DNA of 64,000 nucleotides, taken from Candidatus Omnitrophota bacterium (GTDB taxonomy: Bacteria > Omnitrophota > Gorgyraeia > Tantalellales > Tantalellaceae). The notes beneath the pieces are model-generated. The model was not told the origin of the DNA, made no database searches, and saw nothing but the letters and a program-made list of their open reading frames with translations. Numbering within the stretch: position 1 is the first letter of the stretch; the number at the start of each line of letters is the position of its first letter. Below, one piece after another: positions 28,938 through 38,313 of this stretch. The DNA lies in assembly GCA_049643885.1 (NCBI GenBank), contig JBARQV010000031.1, positions 20,949 through 84,948 of the forward strand. Reading direction: 5' to 3'. The translations under genes and the position numbers were made by a program.

Positions 28938-30251
28938 CTATTTTTTGAAGAGGCCCTTCAAGGAATCAAGGGTCTTCCCTGCGCCCCCGCCTTCTTTTCC
29001 GCTTTCGCCGGTTTCTTTCTTTATTAATCCCTTAAGAATGCCTTCTCCTTCCTTTTTAAGGCTCTCTTCCATGTAGGGCTTTATGATCTTCATGAGGGAA
29101 TCCTCAAATCCGGTAAATTTGGGGTTTTCAGTGGTCCCGGTTATTTTGAAGTTAAGCTTTACCGGATCTACCTGGTTCAAGGCCTGGCATATGACAGGCA
29201 TGGTAGCGGCCCCGACAGAGACTTGGGGCCCGCCCTTGGGTTGGATGTCCTGGCCGGTAAGGACAAGGGAATTCTTAGAGTCCAGCTGGTCATTTACGAT
29301 AACGGTGTTAGAATCGAGAGAAAGCACACCCTTATTGACATCCACCGGAAGAGAATTTTCGTAAACAAAGCTTATTGCCGTAAGGTCGATCTTCTCGGCC
29401 GAGACGTTAGCCAGGGTCGTGTTGCCTTTCTGTGTGTATGTAATTGAAAAATCGCCGGCAGCTTTTCCTTCTTTTTCGAGCCTGCCAGCCAGGATAAGCC
29501 TGTCGAAGCGGGCCCCTTTTTTCGGGTCTACCCCTACACCTCGCATGAGGACGCTGCTTCTTTTTACGTCCACTGTCCTGCCGCGGTCCGCTTCCACGTG
29601 TATATTGGCGTTTCTTACTTTCAAGAAGCCTATTTCAAGGAGGTAGCCTCCCCTGACCGGGGTGAACTTTACTCTCCTGCCTCTCGGCAGTTCCTGGACA
29701 TCTTTTACTATTTTTTTGGCGCCCTTTTCTTTCTGCGCTTTTTTGTCGGCGGCTTCCTTTGACGACCTTCTCTTGACCATGTCGAACACCCTGCCAAACC
29801 AGTCTTGCTTGCCCCTGAAACGGTCGAAGATCGAAGAGCCCGCCCGGTCCTCTTCCGTGCCGCCCGCTATTTTCTGGATGTTGAAGCCGCCGTCCGGCTC
29901 GCCTTTTAAGTTGATGTCCGCGTCGGATACGTTTATGCTGGATACGACCAGGCGCTTTGAAAGAAGCCCTATCAGGCTGAGGCGTATGGATGCCTTTTTA
30001 ATGCCTATCATCTTTTTAGAAGGATCATCGGGATCGAATATCTTAAGGTCGCTGAGGGACGCGGACAGTGTGAGGGGCCAAACGCTTACCCTTCCAGCCG
30101 ATATTTTTGCCTCGGTGTGCTTGTTTATCTGGTCTATTACGATCTGACTTGCGATAGGCGAGATAACAAGGCCGGATACGATCTGGGCCGCGAAGAGGAT
30201 CACAATAAGTATGATGATGCCTTTTATATTAAAAAACTTCATTTTCATCAT
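28938..30251 (-). CDS. AsmA-like family protein
   Basis: N-terminal TM anchor, then a long beta-rich periplasmic region resembling the AsmA N-terminus; K/G-rich C-terminus. Confidence 0.5.
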   Translation of the reverse strand: MMKMKFFNIKGIIILIVILFAAQIVSGLVISPIASQIVIDQINKHTEAKISAGRVSVWPLTLSASLSDLKIFDPDDPSKKMIGIKKASIRLSLIGLLSKRLVVSSINVSDADINLKGEPDGGFNIQKIAGGTEEDRAGSSIFDRFRGKQDWFGRVFDMVKRRSSKEAADKKAQKEKGAKKIVKDVQELPRGRRVKFTPVRGGYLLEIGFLKVRNANIHVEADRGRTVDVKRSSVLMRGVGVDPKKGARFDRLILAGRLEKEGKAAGDFSITYTQKGNTTLANVSAEKIDLTAISFVYENSLPVDVNKGVLSLDSNTVIVNDQLDSKNSLVLTGQDIQPKGGPQVSVGAATMPVICQALNQVDPVKLNFKITGTTENPKFTGFEDSLMKIIKPYMEESLKKEGEGILKGLIKKETGESGKEGGGAGKTLDSLKGLFKK

Positions 30252-30787
30252 TCCGGATTCACCACCTTCAAGACGAGGTCAGCCAATTTCCCTATCAGGG
30301 GCAGTTTTTTGAACCATTTGATGAACTTGGAATCCTTTACCTTGTCGAAATATTTCTCTCTGAGAAGTATGATGCCCTTTTGGGAACCGATATATACAGG
30401 ATAGCACAGGATGAGTGAGATCGTGAGGCCGCCCGTAACAAGCGTGTTGTTCAGGTCGAGATACGCTATGATCGGTAAAGACACGATAAAATTCCAGAAC
30501 GCCGTAAGAAATTCCGTCTTTATAAGAAGGATCCCCCCTAGCCAGTCAGCTAGATAACTTACGCCAAAGACGTAGAAAAGCTTGAACACAGGGAGGGCGA
30601 GCATTGATGCCAGGCGGTTTACCTTGAACAGGAAGAGGCAAATGAAGAGGAATAATGTTATAGGCCCGTTCATGGGGACAAAGCCGATGAAAAGCCCCAG
30701 GCAAACACCCGCAGCAACCTCGCTGGGCGAGACGTTGGAGGTAAAAAGTTTTACGATCTTTACGGGTAGATTTATAAAAGGAATCAT
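30248..30787 (-). CDS. DUF2062 membrane protein
   Basis: SPSEVAAGVCLGLFIGFVPMNGP...NRLASMLAL signature. Confidence 0.6.
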   Translation of the reverse strand: MIPFINLPVKIVKLFTSNVSPSEVAAGVCLGLFIGFVPMNGPITLFLFICLFLFKVNRLASMLALPVFKLFYVFGVSYLADWLGGILLIKTEFLTAFWNFIVSLPIIAYLDLNNTLVTGGLTISLILCYPVYIGSQKGIILLREKYFDKVKDSKFIKWFKKLPLIGKLADLVLKVVNPE

Positions 30788-30859
30788 ATTGTTGCTATTT
30801 TATCTTAAATGAAACCTGCGGGCAATATAAAAGTTTTATTACCTGTTATAATTGTGTCT

Positions 30860-31222
30860 TTATGATTCAATCCAGTTCCAAGCTTCGTCGAGCTGATTTT
30901 TGTTGAATTTCTTTACTTCGGCCTTGATGAAAAGACCGGCTAATTTAGTTGTCCACTGGACCCATTTGGGGCCGCCTACTATGGCTACCTTATCGAATTG
31001 ATCGCTGTGGGCACTGGCGTATTTGGCGTCATCCCACAAAGCGCCGAGCTCAAAACCTTCAAATTCATCCGAGAGGTAATAAAGAAATCTGCCTGTTGCA
31101 TGTTCGGAGAGGAGGTCATTGACCTTCGGGATGAGCACTTTCTCATAGTCGACGGCGGTGACTTTGCCGCTGGCTTTTATCCCCAGAACATTATCATGGC
31201 TTTTGGAAAGAACTTCGATCAT
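30860..31222 (-). CDS. STAS/SpoIIAA-like domain protein (DUF3478)
   Basis: LGIKASGKVTAVDYEKV...FDKVAIVGGPKWVQW. Confidence 0.55.
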   Translation of the reverse strand: MIEVLSKSHDNVLGIKASGKVTAVDYEKVLIPKVNDLLSEHATGRFLYYLSDEFEGFELGALWDDAKYASAHSDQFDKVAIVGGPKWVQWTTKLAGLFIKAEVKKFNKNQLDEAWNWIES

Positions 31223-31299
31223 ATCGGCCTCCTTGGTTAGGGGGAGTTACCACATTATTTTACATAATTTAAAAGGCATTTGCAAATAAGATGTTGGAA

Positions 31300-31710
31300 G
31301 TTGGTTGTTGCAGAGCTGTTTTTCGCTCGGATGTAAGTTGCGCAGTGCGGCATATTCCCTACCAGGGCCCCTCCGCCCGGTGTGGATCCTCCCTGTACGG
31401 GAACATGCTGCACTGCGATCTTTACTTCCTCGCTCTCACCGAAAGTAAACCACAGGTGAACCGTGCCCGCTTGGAAATTTAAAGTCCTGTACGGAACGGA
31501 CCAGGCGATAAAATCCTCGATCCGTTTATCTTATTTCTAAGTTGCGCGGCAAAATGTTTGTCCTGTTTTGGACGGGGCGTAATTTTTCCGAGTGGCCACG
31601 GTTCCCGAAGGATCGAAGATCCTGAGGGAGAGCGAGGAAAAATTTTGAGTGAATTTTCCTCGGTGGGGAAAATGAACGTCCCCGGTAAAAACAGGACAAA
31701 CATTTTAAAT
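31300..31710. other. highly structured intergenic region / candidate sRNA locus
   Basis: 530 nt gap with no credible ORF; 26 bp inverted repeat (31552-31577 / 31680-31706), nested GAGGAAAA...TTTTCCTC hairpin, gcagtgcggcat / atgctgcactgc stem, and a 40 nt core shared with 59518-59556. Confidence 0.3.
31359..31399 (+). repeat. conserved 40 nt core CTACCAGGGCCCCTCCGCCCGGTGTGGATCCTCCCTGTACG (copy A)
   Basis: About 37/40 identical to the reverse complement of 59518-59556; in both loci it is embedded between locus-specific inverted-repeat arms. Confidence 0.6.
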
Positions 31711-31752
31711 AGGCAACGGGGGAATTGACCGTTTCTGCGAAAGAAGGGTTGA

Positions 31753-32475
31753 TCATCCATGAAGCGTACAAAAGACGAAGTATTTCCAGATGATAAAGGC
31801 GGTGAGGCCGTGGGATAAGGCCGGGCACCAGATGTTGTCGAAGTATTCGTAAATATAGCCCCAGATCGCCCCGGCAAGGGCTATAAGACCCAAAAAGACA
31901 AACCCGTCCTTGACCGGGACGACAAAAAACAGGTAGGAATGGACCAGACCATAGATAACCGCAGTTATCCATATAGAGAAGTTTTTCGGGATAGAGTTCG
32001 AAAGTTTTCTCTGGATAAATCCTCGCCAGAATATTTCCTCGCCCAGTCCGACCAAAAAGAGGCAATAGCCAAGATATGATAGGAACCCTTTTACTCTATC
32101 CCCTGCTAAGAGAAGCTTGTACCCAACCTCTCCCTGGAAAGTGAGTTTTACCGGTAAGGTGCTGAGAAAACTGTTTATTTCATGCACCTTGTCCATGGAG
32201 TAGCCTGTCATTCCCAGGGCCTTCAGGAAAAATCCCCCTGAAAAAGCAATGATGAGGCCTGTTAAGATGCCTGCGAGGGCGACCGGCCAGAAAGATCTTC
32301 TTTTAAGACCGACGGAGCCAATACCCTTACCCAGAATGCCGACCTGCCAGAACAAAGGGATGGAAAAAGTGAAAGAAAAAGTGCCGTATACCCCGAAGCA
32401 CAAAAGTATTAAAGGAATAACAATCGCGGCTATGGCTAACGCGAGACGAGATAATGGGATCGGGGTTGTTATCAT
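31753..32475 (-). CDS. CPBP family intramembrane glutamic endopeptidase (CAAX protease-like)
   Basis: EEIFWRGF motif 1, HSYLFF, HG motif; 7 TM helices. Confidence 0.75.
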   Translation of the reverse strand: MITTPIPLSRLALAIAAIVIPLILLCFGVYGTFSFTFSIPLFWQVGILGKGIGSVGLKRRSFWPVALAGILTGLIIAFSGGFFLKALGMTGYSMDKVHEINSFLSTLPVKLTFQGEVGYKLLLAGDRVKGFLSYLGYCLFLVGLGEEIFWRGFIQRKLSNSIPKNFSIWITAVIYGLVHSYLFFVVPVKDGFVFLGLIALAGAIWGYIYEYFDNIWCPALSHGLTAFIIWKYFVFCTLHG

Positions 32476-32495
32476 GTTCCCTATTCTACAGTTTG

Positions 32496-33212
32496 CTACT
32501 GCTGGGCTTCCAGCGCAGCGTGGACTTTGTCTCTCAAGAGGACGAAATCGCCCGGTTTAAAACCAGAGGTTTCGATCGCGGGCAGGGCTTTGACCCGGGC
32601 GTTGACTTTTGTTTCGAAAAGCCATCCGCCCTTGGGTATCGCGTCCCTTGTCCCGTCAATAAAGATGGGAAGTATCGGCTTATTTTCTTTTATAGCAAGC
32701 TTGAAAGCTCCGTTTTGAAAGCGTTTTATTTTTCCGGTTTCGCTGCGGGTCCCTTCAGGGAAGAATAAGACCGAGATATCTTTTTTCAGCCAGTCAGCGG
32801 CTTCCTGGTAGGCCGTTTTGATGCTTCCGAACCGGCCTCTTTTAAGCTTGATATGTTTGGTAAGCGAGAGGCACCAGCCGAGGAAAGGGACTTTAAACAG
32901 GGATTCTTTCGCTACCCATTTAAACTGCATGTGGATCTTGTAAAGGACGACTATATCTGCCAGGCTCTGGTGGTTGGCTATTACCACGTATGTCCTTTCA
33001 GGATCGATATTCTCCAGTCCGCTGACGGTTAGATCCCAGAACGGGTTTAATCCGATGAGAGCGTTCGCCCACCAGTAGCACTGGGCGTGCGCAACTTTTC
33101 TCTTTTTATCAAAGGGATAAAGGACGCCAGTCAAGAAAAGCTCGACAAAAAATAAAATGACCGTCAGGAACGAACCGCTTGCCCAGATCGCTATGGATGT
33201 TATATATACCAT
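32496..33212 (-). CDS. plsC: 1-acyl-sn-glycerol-3-phosphate acyltransferase
   Basis: VIANHQSLADI (HX4D) and FPEGTRS motifs. Confidence 0.85.
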   Translation of the reverse strand: MVYITSIAIWASGSFLTVILFFVELFLTGVLYPFDKKRKVAHAQCYWWANALIGLNPFWDLTVSGLENIDPERTYVVIANHQSLADIVVLYKIHMQFKWVAKESLFKVPFLGWCLSLTKHIKLKRGRFGSIKTAYQEAADWLKKDISVLFFPEGTRSETGKIKRFQNGAFKLAIKENKPILPIFIDGTRDAIPKGGWLFETKVNARVKALPAIETSGFKPGDFVLLRDKVHAALEAQQ

Positions 33213-33304
33213 CAGTATTTGTTACGGAATCCTTCGGGGAAACCGTCCTTTTGTTTTTAGATGTTAACTTTATTTATTTTAATTTGAAAAGACAGAAAAA
33301 AGAA

Positions 33305-34426
33305 TCAAATTTTCAGAGGCAATGTGAAGATGAAAAGATTGCCTTCGCCGGGTTTGCTTTCAGCCCATATTTTTCCGCCGTGAGCTTCTATCGCCATTTT
33401 ACAGAAGGTGAGTCCTAGACCACGGCCGGTTTTTGGCCTATCGCTTTCAATGTGTATGAACTTGTCGAAGATCCTGGCTATATGTTTCTCGGATATAGGT
33501 TTCCCGGAATCCTTTACCCGGACATAAAAATTCTTTTCTTCTTCATTGTACCCTGCCTTTACGCCTATCTTATCTCCCGGGGAGGTAAATTTTATCGCGT
33601 TGCTTACCAGGTTAGTAATAACGCGTTTTACCAGTTCCCTGTCCGCTGACGCCTCGGGCATTCTATTTGGGGTCTCCAGCGACAGGGTTCTGTTTTCATA
33701 GATTGCTAACGGCCGCATCTGGTTCACGACCTCTTCCGCCAGTGCGTTAAGATCGAATTTTTCGTAATGCAGATCGATCCTGCCCTCTTCCATCTTATTT
33801 ATGTCCAGCAGATTAGAGATCATTCTTCTCAAGTCCTCGCTTGCCATGAGCGCAGTATCGAGGTCACTTTTTTGTTCTTCGGTGAGGTTTTCCTTTGATT
33901 CTTCTCGCAGGATCTCGAGCCTTACTGAGATAGCGGTCAGAGGGTTGTTCAGGTCGTGAACTATCATGTGCATAAGATTGTTTTTCATTTTTTCTAACTC
34001 TTTTAATTTAGTATAGTTGTGCTCTAATCGGTCGTGGAGGGATTTGATCTTTAAAAGGGACCTTACTCTTGCCAGAAGTTCGTCCTGATCGTATGGCTTG
34101 CTTACAAAATCATCCGCGCCCGCCTCTATCCCTTTTATTTTATCCTCTTTTCCCTTAAGGGACGTGACCATTATTACGGGGATGAACTGGGTTTCTTTAC
34201 CGGATTTCAGCCTGCTGCAGACTTCATATCCGTTGAGGCTGGGCATCAAGATATCAAGAAGAACGAGGTCTGGAGTGCTTTCTCTTGCGATCTTGAGGGC
34301 CGTTTCACCGTCGTGTGCAGCGATCACCCCATAGCCGTTCACCTGAAGAAGTTTTGTAGCCAGCTTTACGTTCAGGGGTTCGTCATCGACGACAAGGATT
34401 ATTTTTCCGTTTTCCTTCTCTTTCAT
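33305..34426 (-). CDS. hybrid response-regulator receiver / histidine kinase
   Basis: N-terminal receiver (ILVVDDEP...LLDILMP); H-box HDLNNPLTAIS; N-box NLVSNAIKF; G2 GRGLGLTFCKMAIEAHGG. Confidence 0.85.
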   Translation of the reverse strand: MKEKENGKIILVVDDEPLNVKLATKLLQVNGYGVIAAHDGETALKIARESTPDLVLLDILMPSLNGYEVCSRLKSGKETQFIPVIMVTSLKGKEDKIKGIEAGADDFVSKPYDQDELLARVRSLLKIKSLHDRLEHNYTKLKELEKMKNNLMHMIVHDLNNPLTAISVRLEILREESKENLTEEQKSDLDTALMASEDLRRMISNLLDINKMEEGRIDLHYEKFDLNALAEEVVNQMRPLAIYENRTLSLETPNRMPEASADRELVKRVITNLVSNAIKFTSPGDKIGVKAGYNEEEKNFYVRVKDSGKPISEKHIARIFDKFIHIESDRPKTGRGLGLTFCKMAIEAHGGKIWAESKPGEGNLFIFTLPLKI

Positions 34427-34467
34427 TTCTAGTATTTTACACCTAAGTTTCAGCTTTTCAAGATTTT

Positions 34468-35340
34468 TTAGCTTTTTTTCTTATATAACACGCTTGCCCA
34501 CCCGTCACCCCTGGCGATCTTCAAGCAGCGCAGTTTTTTTGTGTCGAAATTTTTGCGGAAGCCCCGGTAATTTTCCTCTGATATTCCCGACACTGCAAGG
34601 TATTTACCCGGTTGAACGAGTTTTATGAGTTTATCCCTGTTCTTTAGAAGTTCCTGGGTATCAAGGTTTGCGGCCACGAAGTCAAAAGCAGCGTTTTCAC
34701 GGAACGACTCAATGTCTACCTTCTTCAAATATTCTGAGCGATAGCCGTTCTCTTTGAGGTTATGATGTGTGGTTCTTATCGCTTCCTTGTCGATGTCTAT
34801 TCCCCAGATCTTCCGGGCGCCGCATTTACCGGCAATGACTGAAAGTATACCAGACCCTGTTCCTATATCGAGAAAATCTCTAAAAGAACCCTCTTTCATT
34901 TCGATAAACCGGGACATGGTCCTTGTTGTAAAATGAAGACCTGTTCCGAAAGGTAGGCCTGTATCCAGGTATATGACCTTTTTCGCCCTTGTTTTATAAC
35001 TATTCCTCATCCACATGGGAACAAGAAGGATGTGTTTTGTTATTTTAAACGGCCGGTATGTCTCTTTCCATTTTTCTTTCCAGTCGGCGTCCCTGAAAGA
35101 TTCGACCCTGGCCGTTACTCCTTTTAGACCGAGGTTTTCGATCTTTTTATCAAGCGAAAGGGCTTTTTTTCTTGACCTGGTGTAGAAAGATATATAGGTT
35201 TTGCCGCCTTGAAGGGTCTCGACCAGCCGCTCAGAGGGGATGCCTATTCCCTTGAGGACCAGCCTCAGGATCTCTGTCTTGCCAAGGTCGGCCTGTTTCA
35301 AGCGAAGGTCGATCTTATATATTTTGTTCTTTGAGCTCAT
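34468..35340 (-). CDS. ribosomal protein L11 methyltransferase (PrmA)-like methyltransferase
   Basis: LDTGLPFGTGLHFTTR and FLDIGTGSGILSVIAGKCGARKIWGIDIDKEAI. Confidence 0.65.
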   Translation of the reverse strand: MSSKNKIYKIDLRLKQADLGKTEILRLVLKGIGIPSERLVETLQGGKTYISFYTRSRKKALSLDKKIENLGLKGVTARVESFRDADWKEKWKETYRPFKITKHILLVPMWMRNSYKTRAKKVIYLDTGLPFGTGLHFTTRTMSRFIEMKEGSFRDFLDIGTGSGILSVIAGKCGARKIWGIDIDKEAIRTTHHNLKENGYRSEYLKKVDIESFRENAAFDFVAANLDTQELLKNRDKLIKLVQPGKYLAVSGISEENYRGFRKNFDTKKLRCLKIARGDGWASVLYKKKS

Positions 35341-35351
35341 CGTTTGTTGAC

Positions 35352-35390
35352 AAAAAAGGGACGGTTCTGCAAATAAGAGCCGCCCCTTTT
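35352..35390 (-). terminator. intrinsic terminator (imperfect)
   Basis: aaaaaa gggacggttct gcaaataa gagccgcccc tttt, just downstream of the gene ending at 35413. Confidence 0.45.
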
Positions 35391-35412
35391 AAATTGCGGG
35401 AATGTCAATGGA

Positions 35413-35670
35413 TCACTTCAAGTATTTGGTGCTGCTTTTTGTCGTCGTCGTTGTTGTCGTTGCTGTTCCCTGGGTCTGTTTGGTCCCCGTCGGGCTCAGG
35501 TCCTTATACGTGTTGGGTATCTTGTCCATTACGAGCTCGCCGAGATCAGTAAAGAATTTGTGGATCGTGGAGCCGGCCTTATCCATCTCCTCCTGCATTG
35601 TTCCGGCGAATGCAGCCGTGCAGCCCATGACAAGCATGGTCACTAAAAGCAGCGCGATTCCTCTTCTCAT
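35413..35670 (-). CDS. small secreted lipoprotein, paralog family 1 of 3
   Basis: Lipobox VMGC; shares the KFFTDLGxLxxxKIPxT motif with 36315..36557; poly-Thr tract. Confidence 0.45.
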   Translation of the reverse strand: MRRGIALLLVTMLVMGCTAAFAGTMQEEMDKAGSTIHKFFTDLGELVMDKIPNTYKDLSPTGTKQTQGTATTTTTTTKSSTKYLK

Positions 35671-35780
35671 AATCTCCCCCTTTATTTACGATAATTCAAT
35701 ATTATTACAATTTGAGTATACTATGAAAAAACGAAATTTCAAGTTTCTTCTTAAATTTTTAATTAAGCAGTGAACCGCGG

Positions 35781-36152
35781 TCAGGCGATCAACGGTTCAG
35801 GGTGGAAGTTTTCGGCCATCCTGCTAAGCAGTTCCCTGTCTTCGTCCTCGATCTCAGTATAAACTGCGGCTATCAGATACATATGAGGTATTTCCTCGAC
35901 ACGGACCACCTTTCCGACACAGTCTAATGAAGTGTCGGGGTTATGAAGGTATATCTTCAGCTCAAGAAGCATATCGGGTTCCACTCTGTTTTTGTGATAA
36001 AAAAGAACACCGCCGGCGCCGATATTGAGTACCGCGCCCATTTCCCATTCACTGGGGATCGTCCCGACATTTTCCGGCACTTTTTGCTGGAACCTTATTA
36101 TGGCGGGTTTTCTCATCCTCTTGTGTTTTCGCTTTTCTTTCTGGTTTGACAT
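35781..36152 (-). CDS. PilZ domain protein
   Basis: RKHKRMRKP (RxxxR) and NIGAGGVLF (D/NxSxxG) c-di-GMP binding motifs. Confidence 0.6.
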   Translation of the reverse strand: MSNQKEKRKHKRMRKPAIIRFQQKVPENVGTIPSEWEMGAVLNIGAGGVLFYHKNRVEPDMLLELKIYLHNPDTSLDCVGKVVRVEEIPHMYLIAAVYTEIEDEDRELLSRMAENFHPEPLIA

Positions 36153-36314
36153 TAGAGATACCCTCCCCTGTTATTTATTCCTTTTTTATATTTTACACTT
36201 TAGAGGGAGAAAGGCAAGGTTTCTTTTAATCGCATAAAAGCAGAACAAAAAGAACCCAGATAGGAAAACTGGGTTCTTTTTTAGAACTAAAAAAATAATT
36301 ATTTGGTCGACCGC

Positions 36315-36557
36315 TCAATAGGAACTTTTTTGGGTGCTTGGCTCCCTGGTATCCCACGGCTGCTTGGAACTCCTTTGTTCAGGAGTTTCGGGAATCTTTC
36401 TTGTAATAAGATTTCCGAGGTCGGTAAAGAATTTTTTTATCATGGTTCCGACCTTTTCCCCAGGTGTCTGTGTCGCTTTCGTTGGTGTTTCGGCGAAAGC
36501 GGCTACGCAGCCTACGATAAACACGAAGACCACCAACATTGCCACTACCTTTTTCAT
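36315..36557 (-). CDS. small secreted lipoprotein, paralog 2 of 3
   Basis: Lipobox IVGC; KKFFTDLGNLITRKIPET. Confidence 0.45.
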   Translation of the reverse strand: MKKVVAMLVVFVFIVGCVAAFAETPTKATQTPGEKVGTMIKKFFTDLGNLITRKIPETPEQRSSKQPWDTREPSTQKSSY

Positions 36558-36638
36558 TCTACCCTCCTTATTACTGATATGAATAATAACAAAAGTAAGT
36601 ATACTATGAATTAACGGGAATGCAAGTTTGGAATGCTT

Positions 36639-37805
36639 TTATTTGAACCCCCGCAGTACCAGGTAATCAACATCGTCTTTTGTTTTCATCAAAAAAAGGC
36701 GTCTATTAGTGTGAGGTTTTTTACCCAGAACACGTATGTAGACGTCATCGAAATATGCCGGTTCTTCCAGATAGTAACCATGCCTATAACTGGCTGTATT
36801 TATCGGCGTCACGTCGACCACCGCGAATTTATCCGGTTCTAAAGATTTAAGATATAAAAGATCTTTCGCCTCTTCAAACTGCTGGTGTTCTTTTATTCTC
36901 TGGAGGCCGAATTTCTTTTCCTGGTCGATCCATCCGCTTATGAGCAAAGCTTCATCGTCTGAAGAGACGTATGCTGTTAGGTTGTCGGAAAGCGCGGTCA
37001 GTTCTTTCTGGAACCGGTTATCGAACTCATCTTTGTTAACATCGGGAGCGGCCATAACGACATTGGCTATTTCAACCTCTTTGTCGCTCAGGTCATCGTA
37101 TTTATACATGTACTCGAAAGCGTCGCATACGACCTGGCAGCCCAGGCTTGAAGAATGGATCCATAGCTTTTCAGGTTTTACTTTACGGATGACCGCAGTC
37201 AGGAGCTCTCCTAGATAAGGACCGGAAGCTGTAGCCAGACGCTGCGCTTTTTTGTAACCGGAAATGCTTACCGGCTGGTCTCCCGGCCAGCCGAACAAAA
37301 GAACAGGCGTGTTGACATCCAGTAGATAAGAGAAATAAGCGGCCTTTATCGCGGTAGATTCAAAATTGTCTTTATAGCCGAAGACGAGGACAAGAAGGGA
37401 TCTATGGGGAGCGGCTTTCACCGCTTCGGCCACTTTTTTCAAAAAGACATCTTCCTTTAACTCCCGGATATCCTGCACGTTTACCAGCTCTTCTCTTTTT
37501 AATCTTTCCGGCGACATCTTTCCTATCCGTATCCTCGGGTCTATCCTGACGTCCGTCTGGCCATATGTCGGTTCTTTTGCGAGTTCGGGGCAAAAGTACA
37601 ACGAAGAATCCTCTTTTATTTCGGCTTTCTGGCTTGTCGCGTAAAAGATGCCGGTCGTCCTGTAAAAGCCTTCTTTCTTATACTGGACGCGGCTGTACAG
37701 GTCTTCGACGTAAGCGCGTGTTTTCTGCATGGGTAAAGATGAACATCCTGCCAAAAACATAACGGAAAGAATGACGACGAGAACGGGTCTGATCTTTGAA
37801 CACAT
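36639..37805 (-). CDS. lipoprotein, alpha/beta hydrolase (DUF900-like)
   Basis: Lipobox LAGCSS; LLVLVFGYKDN...WIHSSSLGCQV (nucleophile elbow variant). Confidence 0.55.
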   Translation of the reverse strand: MCSKIRPVLVVILSVMFLAGCSSLPMQKTRAYVEDLYSRVQYKKEGFYRTTGIFYATSQKAEIKEDSSLYFCPELAKEPTYGQTDVRIDPRIRIGKMSPERLKREELVNVQDIRELKEDVFLKKVAEAVKAAPHRSLLVLVFGYKDNFESTAIKAAYFSYLLDVNTPVLLFGWPGDQPVSISGYKKAQRLATASGPYLGELLTAVIRKVKPEKLWIHSSSLGCQVVCDAFEYMYKYDDLSDKEVEIANVVMAAPDVNKDEFDNRFQKELTALSDNLTAYVSSDDEALLISGWIDQEKKFGLQRIKEHQQFEEAKDLLYLKSLEPDKFAVVDVTPINTASYRHGYYLEEPAYFDDVYIRVLGKKPHTNRRLFLMKTKDDVDYLVLRGFK

Positions 37806-37841
37806 TTCAGATTCCTCCTGATCGGCGGTGGATATTTTATT

Positions 37842-37880
37842 AAAAAAGGGACGGTTCTTTATGCGGGAACCGTCCCTTTT
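37842..37880 (-). terminator. intrinsic terminator (bidirectional-type)
   Basis: aaaaaa gggacggttc tttatgcg ggaaccgtccc tttt; 10 bp GC-rich stem followed by a T-run on the minus strand. Confidence 0.7.
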
Positions 37881-37937
37881 GTTTGGTCCCGGATAATCCT
37901 TCGCTTCGCTCAGGATTTCCGGGATGACACTGGATTA

Positions 37938-38249
37938 TTACCAGCTTCTGCCTTTTACTGTTTTGTCGGTGTTCTGGCCGGCTTTGTATATCGTTTCGCC
38001 GCTTTTTTCAACAGGGTCGGTCACGACCTTTTCGGGTCTTCCTTTGCCCGTCAAAAAGTTCCAGAGCGCCTCGATCGGGCTGACCGCTGCTTTGGTGGTT
38101 CCTTCGGCGGCCTCACCGACTGTTTTTACCGAGCCGGTGATAACATTACCGGAGTACTGCACGGGATCTTTTGCTTCGGCCGCGAAGCCGGTGGTGGCAA
38201 AAGCGCATACTACGATAACTGCTACAAATAAAAGTGCCATTTTTTTCAT
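37938..38249 (-). CDS. small secreted protein, distant paralog 3 of 3
   Basis: Signal peptide MKKMALLFVAVIVVCAFATTGFA; EALWNFLTGKGRP is a weak match to the KFFTDLG family motif. Confidence 0.4.
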   Translation of the reverse strand: MKKMALLFVAVIVVCAFATTGFAAEAKDPVQYSGNVITGSVKTVGEAAEGTTKAAVSPIEALWNFLTGKGRPEKVVTDPVEKSGETIYKAGQNTDKTVKGRSW

Positions 38250-38313
38250 CTTCTCTCCTCCTTTTTAGCGAGAATTTTGATATATTATACATAAATGTTA
38301 TGCCTTCTGCAAA

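Noticed and set aside
31223-31752. tmRNA, RNase P RNA, SRP RNA, cobalamin riboswitch
   Set aside because: None of the hallmark motifs were found on either strand (GGAUUCGACGGG / tRNA-like T-arm, GGAAAGUCCGGGCUCC, AGGUCAGGUCCGGAAGG, B12 box with correct spacing).
31479-32065. Minus-strand ORFs 31479..31877 and 31526..32065
   Set aside because: Arg/Pro/Gly-rich low-complexity translations. They overlap the bona fide CPBP protease gene in other frames and extend into a structured non-coding region.
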